Shown here in pieces: positions 1-6,993 of a stretch of 9,914 bases of DNA (the first letter of the stretch is position 1; the number at the start of each line of letters is the position of its first letter). The position numbers were made by a program, and so were the translations under genes. Below the pieces are notes generated by a model. It was given only the letters and a program-made list of their open reading frames with translations, ran no database searches and was not told the origin of the DNA. This stretch comes from Candidatus Wukongarchaeum yapensis (GTDB taxonomy: Archaea; Asgardarchaeota; Wukongarchaeia; Wukongarchaeales; Wukongarchaeaceae), in assembly GCA_016840425.1 (NCBI GenBank), contig JAEOSI010000067.1, forward strand, positions 1 through 9,914, read 5' to 3'.

Positions 1-972
1 GTTACGCTCATTACTGATGGGACGAGGAGGGTTCTGACGAGGGTTGCGTCTATGAAGACTCCGAGGGCTAGGAGGTATCCTATTTGGACTAGGTGTATGT
101 TTTCTGCTATGAGTAGTGTTCCGAAGGCGGCGATCATTATTGCTGCGAGTACTGTTATTATTGTTCCTGTGGTTTGAAGGGCGTCTATTATGGCTTCTCG
201 TGTTTCCATACCTTTCCAAACGTTTTCTTTTATTCTGCTTGTGACGAATAGGTCGTAGTCTATTTATAGCGAGTATTATGAATATTGTAATCATTACGAA
301 GGCTATCATAGGGAGGAGTGAGTTGTATAGGTCGGTTTTAGCGTCATAGATGAAGGCGGTGGATCCGGAGACGTAAGTATCGCTTGTTATTAGTACCCCT
401 TCACGCTTTTGTTCGTCGATCGTTTCACGCAAGTCGGATATCCAGTCTACTGCTTCGTTGCCGTATGGGTAGACGTTTAGGGTGATTTTTATCAGGGTTG
501 TATCGTTGCCATTGTTTATGTCAACTAGTTGGGGTATTAGCAAGGGGGGTATGGCTGAAAAGTCGTTGTAGGGGGGAGCCATGTAGTTAGTTATGCAGGT
601 TGTCTTATTGATTATGGAGGAATGTTCTTGGAGGATTTTTGCGTTTAAAGTGGCAAGATCTGAGAGGAACTCGTTTTTCCATACTCCGTTAGCGGTTTGA
701 GTGTGAATGATGATCGTTATCTCGTCCACCTTATTCTTTCCGAAGTTTTTTTCAACGGCGTTTAGTCCTTCTAAGGAATCTGATCCTTCTGGGGCAACAT
801 CGGTCACGTCTGTATCGAGTTGCATATCGTATAAGATTAATACTGCTAGAACTGCGGCTAATAGTAAGATCGCGATAACTGTTTTTGAGTGAGTTGTCGA
901 AATTCGACCTATCTTACGCCAATATTTAGCGCCAAAGCTGCCCTTGATAGAATGGTTTTTTTCCTGTTTCCC
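1..972 (-). pseudogene. MMPL/RND-family membrane transporter, single-repeat form, disrupted and running off the window edge
   Basis: Hand translation of the minus strand. Frame 1 (972->265): KYWRKIGRISTTHSKTVIAILLLAAVLAVLILYDMQLDTDVTDVAPEGSDSLEGLNAVEKNFG...TYVSGSTAFIYD...FVMITIFIILAI (TM, extracytoplasmic domain, TM). A second frame (263->1) reads IDYDLFVTSRIKE...ALQTTGTIITVLAAIMIAAFG...GVFIDATLVRTLLVPSVM, the hallmark MMPL C-terminal motifs. No in-frame ATG/GTG/TTG precedes the first TM helix. Confidence 0.85.
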
Positions 973-1236
973 TCAGCATCTAGATCGATGGGGTTCTTTT
1001 TCCCATTTACCGTAAACACTTGCTCCTGTTAAGGATTTTTGTTATCAAGTGTTTCATAATATGCTCACACCTAGTTTTTCACGCTGCCGACTTGTGCGGA
1101 ATCTTTGATTATAAAAGCTAAATAATGGAAAATAGGAGTAGCTTGCACATTATGTTTATTTAGTTTTAAGTTAATCATTAATTAGAAGCTATTATTTCAC
1201 TGGAAAGTATTTAGGCTAATTTCTTTGAGGAGAGCG

Positions 1237-2469
1237 ATGGTATTGGGAACTGTTAGGTTGATTCGTAAATCTATCCTTGTGGCTACAAGGGCGAGAAAAA
1301 GGCTTGCAGTTTTCGTGATAGTATACGCGATATTGGCAGGAATGGTTATATTATCCATAGGGAGACTGGCAGGCTACAATACTACAGGACTAGTTGACCA
1401 AAGAAGCGTAGTACTCGAAGCAACAGACTTTGATACAATAACCTACAATCAAGCAAAAAATGACACTACTACCCTGAGTCACGTGGAGGGGGTAGACAGA
1501 GTAGTACCCCTCTACTATGTAAACTTCGAAGGCGGAGGAGACATTATAAGAATCTTCGGCATAGAACCTTCTAACAGGTGGGCGTTCGAAGAAATAAAAC
1601 CCGATGTGATAAGTTCTGGAAGATATATTGAGAGGGGTGGTGAAATCCTAATAAGCGAAAACGCAAATCTGACGACCCTATTCGAAGAAAGTGTAGGTGG
1701 AAGAACTGGGACTATTTTCACAAAGCCAGGGTTAGGTGATACTATAACTATTGCAGGAGGAGAAGAAACAAAAACTTTCAAAGTAGTTGGGACCTTCGAA
1801 GAGGGTCAGGTAGACGATGATCCAGGAAACACATGGATGGTCGTTACTGTGGACGACTTATGGTTAATTTTGAATGATCTCTTACGCGTATATGAGGATC
1901 AAACAGCGGTAATTAACTCGGTTCTTTTCTGCTATAAAATCGTTATTGTAGCTGAAGGAAGCGTGTTTTGGAGCGCTGTCAGAGGAGGAGACGTTTGGAA
2001 TAACGTAGAAGGAATAGTAGAATTCACAGAAACTACAACGCTACAAGGAAACTATAACTCGCCAGAGTATACTAAAAAAGCGGATAACCAGAACGCAGTA
2101 ATAGCTGACATGATGTTGATAACGGTAGCCTTCTTAGGAGGCGCCTTAGTGGCAAGCATGTATGCTTTTTTGATTACAAGGTTTAGGAGAATAGAGATAG
2201 CTACCTTAAAAGCTATAGGTTATACGAACCGAAATGTGTGGACAATGACTCTAGGAGAGATACTTTTAGCTTCAATTGCAGGATTTATCCTTGGACTCCT
2301 TGGAATAGCGGTCTACTTGGGCGTAACAGGGGAAACGGTCGTAATTTTCAGCAGAACCACGTTGTTAACTGCTTTCCTGATCGTCGTGTTGATTCAGGTG
2401 CCTGCCTTCATATTGTCAAACAAAAGAACGCTAAGAATACCGCCAGCGGAAGCTTTGAGAACATTGTAA
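1237..2469 (+). CDS. ABC transporter permease, MacB/FtsX (ABC3) type
   Basis: N-terminal TM helix, large extracytoplasmic domain, three C-terminal TM helices and the FtsX-type motif RRIEIATLKAIGYTNRNV; ends IPPAEALR. ATG at 1237 follows GAGGAG (1227-1232) and is preferred over the TTG at 1225. Confidence 0.9.
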   Translation: MVLGTVRLIRKSILVATRARKRLAVFVIVYAILAGMVILSIGRLAGYNTTGLVDQRSVVLEATDFDTITYNQAKNDTTTLSHVEGVDRVVPLYYVNFEGGGDIIRIFGIEPSNRWAFEEIKPDVISSGRYIERGGEILISENANLTTLFEESVGGRTGTIFTKPGLGDTITIAGGEETKTFKVVGTFEEGQVDDDPGNTWMVVTVDDLWLILNDLLRVYEDQTAVINSVLFCYKIVIVAEGSVFWSAVRGGDVWNNVEGIVEFTETTTLQGNYNSPEYTKKADNQNAVIADMMLITVAFLGGALVASMYAFLITRFRRIEIATLKAIGYTNRNVWTMTLGEILLASIAGFILGLLGIAVYLGVTGETVVIFSRTTLLTAFLIVVLIQVPAFILSNKRTLRIPPAEALRTL

Positions 2470-2490
2470 ATAAACCCTTTAAAATGAAAA

Positions 2491-3216
2491 ATGGAGGATA
2501 AAAGAAAAATGCCAAGAGAAAAAAGAAATAGGAGCGGAAGAGACCTAATAATTGCTGAAAGAGTCTCTAAAGACTATAAAAGGGGAAGAGCAGAAATTGT
2601 ACGGGCGATAAAAGAAGCAGACATGGAGGTAAAAGATGGAGAGTTTCTCGCGATAATAGGACCCAGTGGATGCGGGAAAACCACTCTCCTAAACCTTCTA
2701 AGCGGTCTCGACCAGCCTACAGAGGGAAGGATAATTTTTGATGGCATGGACACAAGCATGATAGGCGAAGAACGATTCCCCCTAATACGTCGTGAAAAGT
2801 GCGGCTTCGTTTTTCAAACATTCAACCTAATAGAAACAATCACGGCACAGGAAAATGTCGAATCGCCTTTATGGCCCACAGATCTAAATGATAGAGAGAT
2901 AACGGAACAGGCTATATCGCTTTTAAAAGCCGTAGATCTTTTAGAAAGGAAAGATCATAAACCTTTAGAAATGTCTGGTGGAGAGCAGCAAAGGGTAGCT
3001 ATAGCCCGAGCTCTTGCAAACACGCCGAAAATTCTCTTTGTTGATGAACCCACAGGAAACCTTGATTCCGAAGCAGGAAAAAGCATCATGGAACTATTGA
3101 AAAAATTAAACGAAGAACACGAAGTCACCGTAGTATTAGTAACCCACAACCAAGACCTGCTCAAATACGCCGACCGAGTAATAAAGCTACAAGACGGACG
3201 GATTACAGAAAGTTAA
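2491..3216 (+). CDS. ABC transporter ATP-binding protein, LolD/MacB-like
   Basis: Walker A GPSGCGKT, Q-loop FVFQTFNL, signature MSGGEQQRVAIARAL, Walker B/D-loop ILFVDEPTGNLD, H-loop VTH; starts 21 bp after the permease stop. Confidence 0.96.
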   Translation: MEDKRKMPREKRNRSGRDLIIAERVSKDYKRGRAEIVRAIKEADMEVKDGEFLAIIGPSGCGKTTLLNLLSGLDQPTEGRIIFDGMDTSMIGEERFPLIRREKCGFVFQTFNLIETITAQENVESPLWPTDLNDREITEQAISLLKAVDLLERKDHKPLEMSGGEQQRVAIARALANTPKILFVDEPTGNLDSEAGKSIMELLKKLNEEHEVTVVLVTHNQDLLKYADRVIKLQDGRITES

Positions 3217-3277
3217 TAAAAAACAAAAAAACCACATATCTTTTACCCGAACCCCTAATTCCCCTATCTTTCCTAGC

Positions 3278-3291
3278 TTTTTCTTCTTTTT
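3278..3291 (+). terminator. Possible oligo(T) archaeal-type terminator after the ABC operon
   Basis: TTTTTCTTCTTTTT about 60 bp downstream of the ATPase stop, in a convergent intergenic gap. Confidence 0.3.
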
Positions 3292-3376
3292 AAAAACTTG
3301 CTAGGAAATACTAGTTTTCCAAATTCCACCCAAATTAACGCGAAAATATAAATAAGATCCTCCCTCAAAAATTCAT

Positions 3377-3772
3377 TTACTCTGATATTCTCCTTTTCTC
3401 TAAATTTTTCTTATACTTCTTTTCCAGCATATCTCCCACATAAACCTCTGCTTCCACTAAATCTTTTTTTCCGCTGGTTCTCACATCAATTACCACCTTC
3501 TCTCGCCTATAAAAACCTCGATCACACGATTCATATCTATCAAGCTCTTCCATCTTTTTATGGCTTAGTCTAAAATAGAACAGTCCCTCAACCTTAGCAA
3601 AACTATGTTTGATCAAAAATGGATAGGGAAAAAAAGGGTCAAGAATCTTCTTCCATCCATTCAAAACCGCTTTTTTACTCTTTGGTATACGATTAATACA
3701 CCTCTTAATGACCTCTTTTCTCATTAATGACCCGTAAACAAATAAGTTCGAAGAACGCTGTTTTCGCCTCAC
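3377..3772 (-). CDS. Gamma-glutamylcyclotransferase (GGCT/AIG2-like) family protein
   Basis: N-terminal LFVYGSLM, VEG, LDRYE...GFYRREKV and AEVYV motifs; GTG start. Confidence 0.9.
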   Translation of the reverse strand: MRRKQRSSNLFVYGSLMRKEVIKRCINRIPKSKKAVLNGWKKILDPFFPYPFLIKHSFAKVEGLFYFRLSHKKMEELDRYESCDRGFYRREKVVIDVRTSGKKDLVEAEVYVGDMLEKKYKKNLEKRRISE

Positions 3773-3859
3773 ATTTTCATCCCTTAAATTAAAACCTTTT
3801 CTTTTAAAAAGTTAAACTTGTTGCAAAACTTATTTTTTTGTGTTTTTTCCTCTTTTTAC

Positions 3860-4010
3860 GTCGACAAATCCCCAGCTTTTAGAAATAAAAAAAACGAGTT
3901 GTTAAACGGTGATTTTGAAAGGGCTAAATTGTTCCGCTATATTAGAAGCCAACTTTTAAAGCAAGAAATCTCATTAATTTGAACTACTAATCTTCTTATA
4001 AGCAATTATG
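3860..4010 (+). repeat. Dispersed ~150-bp module, copy A (paralogue at 6842-6993)
   Basis: Hand alignment to copy B gives about 103 of 135 identical columns. Shared blocks: GTCGACAAATCCCCA, TTAAACGG, GCTAAA, TTTAAAGCAAGAAAnCTCATTAATT, TAATCTT and terminal AATTATG. Confidence 0.9.
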
Positions 4011-4203
4011 GGACGATATAGATCTTTGTATCAAAAACCCTGACGGCAAACCTCTAACCTCAACGCAGATCAAGCAACTTATTACCGGCTTTGTGATTGC
4101 GGGAAAAATTGCTTTTGTTGGGAAGAATAGGAAAGGAGAGCGACTTTATACCATATGTCTCCTAAGGAGAGAAAGCGGAAATGTCGAAGAAAAAGAGAGG
4201 TAA
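4006..4203 (+). pseudogene. Start-less protein-like fragment, possibly a winged-helix C-terminus
   Basis: Open frame LWDDIDLCIKNPDGKPLTSTQIKQLITGFVIAGKIAFVGKNRKGERLYTICLLRRESGNVEEKER*; the ATG at 4008 is one base out of this frame. Confidence 0.35.
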
Positions 4204-4736
4204 CGTAAAACTTCAAAAAATTATAGAGTTTTACCAGGATGAATAGATTAAAATCTTGTAAACTGTCGACAAAAAAACGCAAGGATTCTTAAACGTTATT
4301 GCGTAAACGCTCATTTCACGACACGAAACGTTTCAGTAGACAAAGCCAAAAAAAGGCGATCGAAAGATACAATGGTTCCAATAACGAATGTGCGATCATT
4401 ATTTTAGGCATATAGCGGAGAAAAAGCGTTTTTTAGATAAATTTCTTATTGATAGATGCTAGTTATTTTTTTATAAATATGAAATTTGTTATTTAATGTT
4501 ATTATTTTGGTTTTGGTTTTATAATAAAACATGTGCCCATTCCTACTAGATATGCGCATATTCTTATCACAATTTTTAATATAGTTATCCTTTTTATATG
4601 TTTAAATAGTTTCACTTTGAAGGTGTTGTGAATTTATTCTAAAAATAGATAATATCAAAGCTGAGAAAAAAAGGCGCAACGTTAAGATTATTAAAAAAGT
4701 TGAAAGAACTTATTAAGGAGACGGGGAGTCGATTAG

Positions 4737-5702
4737 ATGGTTTCAGATGTTACTCTTGCTATGATAGGGGAGCAGACAGTAGAACCTCTCATCCAAGCTC
4801 TGGAAGACAAAGATAGGGATGTTCGAAGGGAAGCGGCATTTGCTCTTGGTGAGATAGGGGATGCAAGGGCTGTAGAACCCCTCATTCAAACTTTGAAAGA
4901 TGAAGATTTAGGGGTTCAAAAGGAAGCAACAGATGCTCTTGAAAAGATAAGAGAACCGGCAGTTGATCCTCTCCTACAAGCTTTAAAGGATGAAAATAGG
5001 GATGTTCGAAGGCTAGCAGCATGGATTCTTGGTGAGATAGGGGATGCAAGAGCAATAAAACCTCTAATTCAGGGTTTAAATGATGAAGATAGCGATGTTC
5101 AGTGGAGAGCAGCAGAGGCCCTTGGAAAGATAGGAGAGCCGGCAGTAGAACAGCTCATTAAGGTTTTGAAGGATGAGAATGAGTATATTCGATGGTGGAC
5201 AGCAGAAGCTCTAGAAAAGATAGGAAAACCGGCGGTAGAAGCCCTCAGCCAGGCTCTGAAAAATGAAGATGAAGGTGTTCGAAGAGATGCAGCATGGATT
5301 CTTGGGTGGATAGGGGATGCAAGGGCTGTTGAACCTCTCGTACAAGCTTTGAAGGATGAAAACAGCGGCGTTCGAAGAGACGCAGCATGGGCCCTTGGTG
5401 CGATAGGGGATGCTAAGGTTGTTAACCCCCTCATCCAAGCTTTGAAGGATGAAAACAGCGATGTTCGAAGAGACGCAGCATGGGCCCTTGGAAAGATAAG
5501 AGATAATAAGACTATTGACCCCCTCATCCAAGCTTTGAAGGATGAAAACAGCGATGTTCGAAGAGACGCAGCAGAGGTCCTTGGAGAGGTAGGGGATAAA
5601 AAAGCGGTTAAATCTCTTATCCAAGCGCTGAAGGATGAAAACGAGGATGTCCGGGAAGCGATAAGAGAAGCTTTAGAGAAGATCAAGGCGAAAAAAAGCT
5701 GA
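4737..5702 (+). CDS. HEAT-repeat (PBS lyase HEAT-like) protein
   Basis: Ten tandem 30/31-aa units, consensus [31 protein letters not shown]; no other domain visible. Confidence 0.95.
   Translation: [321 protein letters not shown]
4797..5699 (+). repeat. Coding tandem repeat with 90/93-bp units
   Basis: Units are visible at DNA level; 5425-5480 and 5518-5573 are identical over 56 nt at a 93-bp offset. Confidence 0.95.
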
Positions 5703-5734
5703 ATATAACATGAACTTTATTTCACGACATTTCC

Positions 5735-6252
5735 CTAATCTTGATCCCCCGCCTTTTCCCGCAAAAACTTCAGGTAGGTCTCTTTACACCTTTCGCATAA
5801 GTTGTCGACAAGAAACCTATTAATTTCCCTATGCTCCTCGTAAAGCGAAGCGATGGGAGCGTCCACGTCCCCCTCCTCCCCATCGCTACCGTGAGGCCTC
5901 ACATGCCTATCATAACTGTCGAAAGAACATAACAGGGAATCGCTAAACGCCTTAACTCCTTGCCAATTCCCTTCATCTGCACAAAACTTTTTCCACTTTT
6001 CAAGTCCTTGATCTCTTCCTCTCGCTCGGTCTTCGTGTCAAGCCAAGCCTTTCCGTGTTGTTCTATCGCTTGGCTTTGTAGGGCTAGCTCCTTCCGCCTT
6101 TCAAGCCAGTAATATACCACCCTAAGCTCTACGCCGAAAACCTTAGCGACCGTTTTTATGGGCTTTCCTTGACCGACAGCTTTTATCATTTCAAGTTTTT
6201 GCTCGTAGGTTAGTCTTTTCCCTGTTTTCACAAATGTTGTTGTTTTAGCCAT
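5735..6252 (-). pseudogene. HTH DNA-binding protein with a probable frameshifted C-terminal extension (about 170 aa if repaired)
   Basis: N-terminal HTH KRLTYEQKLEMIKAVGQGKPIKTVAKVFGVELRVVYYWLER. From ~5998 another frame reads KWKKFCADEGNWQGVKAFSDSLL...SLYEEHREINRFLVDNLCERCKETYLKFLREKAGDQD* (TAG 5737-5735), which looks more protein-like than the tail of the 117-aa ORF-track call. Confidence 0.65.
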
Positions 6253-6280
6253 TTTAACCCCATAAAATACATCTTAGACC

Positions 6281-6301
6281 GTGTATAAAAAAGTTATACA
6301 C
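6281..6301. promoter_or_regulatory. Perfect inverted repeat GTGTATAA-N5-TTATACAC between divergent genes; putative operator or recombination site
   Basis: 8-bp arms with an AAAAG spacer; overlaps TATA-like elements on both strands, about 30 bp upstream of the HTH ATG (6252). Confidence 0.6.
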
Positions 6302-6600
6302 AACTCCTAGTTTTTTCAAGGGTTGTTGTTGCGGAGCTTGCGACTTTTACGCAAACGATTGTTTTAACAAAATCTTCGACCTCTCCCTTATATCCCGAAG
6401 ACATACAAGAAAAAATCGATAACTGGCTTTATGCTCTAGCCGTAGCCGAACACACAAAACACGCCACAGAAGCAAAGGCCGTAAAAGAACTAATGAACTT
6501 GGCCGGAATAGGAATAGACGAAGAACGAAAAGAAAGAATCTACAAGGAAAGAAAAGAAAACAGGAAAAACAACCACAAAAACAAAAAAAGAGGTAAATGA
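6289..6600 (+). pseudogene. Small helical protein of unknown function lacking a canonical start
   Basis: Frame open from 6289 to TGA 6598-6600: ...YPEDIQEKIDNWLYALAVAEHTKHATEAKAVKELMNLAGIGIDEERKERIYKERKENRK...KRGK*. First ATG only near 6493; the stop sits next to the RBS of the following gene. Confidence 0.5.
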
Positions 6601-6603
6601 ACC

Positions 6604-6864
6604 ATGAAAAAGTTTAGGGTTTCTTTAACTTTAAACGGCGAGTAAGCTGAAGTGTTTGAAAAGTTGGCTAAAAAGAAATATGGAAACAAGCACTACCGCC
6701 GGCGCAAGCTTTTGAGATTGGCCATTGAGGCTATCCTCGGAAGTAGGGAGAAGGTGGTTTTCGCAACTCAAGGAAGCGGAAACTTGTCGACATTTAAAAC
6801 CCTAGAATCCCCAGTAATAACGAAACCAACGGCGGCGTTTTGTCGACAAATCCCCAAGTTTTAG
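6604..6864 (+). pseudogene. Ribbon-helix-helix (CopG-like) DNA-binding protein interrupted by an in-frame TAA
   Basis: GAGGT RBS (6590-6594) and ATG 6604 give MKKFRVSLTLNGE*AEVFEKLAKKKYGNKHYRRRKLLRLAIEAILG: alternating beta-strand pattern followed by two helices. TAA at 6643-6645. The ORF-track call at 6652 is the downstream part. Confidence 0.7.
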
Positions 6865-6993
6865 AGATAAAGAAAGATATTTTAAACGGAAATTCAAAGG
6901 GAGCTAAAATGTTTCAGCGACTAAGAAGTCAACGTTTAAAGCAAGAAAGCTCATTAATTCGCACTAATAATCTTTTGTAGGTGGAAAATTATG
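6842..6993 (+). repeat. Dispersed ~150-bp module, copy B; forms the upstream region of the mttB-like gene
   Basis: Aligns to 3860-4010; contains a TATA-like TTTAAAG and RBS AGGTGG, and ends at ATG 6991. Confidence 0.9.

Noticed and set aside
1194-1207. TTCCAGTGAAAT on the minus strand, resembling an archaeal ORB element
   Set aside because: Single imperfect copy, no G-string and no orc1/cdc6 gene in the window.
707-3164. ORF-track calls 707-892, 1515-1781, 2238-2501, 2574-2759 and 2955-3164
   Set aside because: Antisense or off-frame shadows of the MMPL, permease and ATPase genes; no motifs of their own.
4082-4282. Minus-strand 66-aa ORF
   Set aside because: Low-complexity F/L-rich antisense of purine-rich plus-strand sequence; the plus frame looks more protein-like.
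5330-5580. CRISPR-like regular repeats
   Set aside because: In-frame coding repeats with a 93-bp period and homologous spacers; no CRISPR array or cas gene seen in the window.
5099-5686. Long antisense ORFs 5099-5686 and 5211-5624 with repeating peptides
   Set aside because: Their periodicity comes from the HEAT repeats on the opposite strand.
4313-5729. 11-bp direct repeat ATTTCACGACA (4313-4323, 5719-5729) flanking the HEAT gene
   Set aside because: One 11-mer match among several kb of AT-rich DNA is plausible by chance, and no terminal inverted repeats adjoin it.
6643-6645. Stop-codon recoding in the RHH gene
   Set aside because: The codon is TAA, not TAG or TGA, and TAA terminates several intact genes here; a nonsense mutation is simpler.
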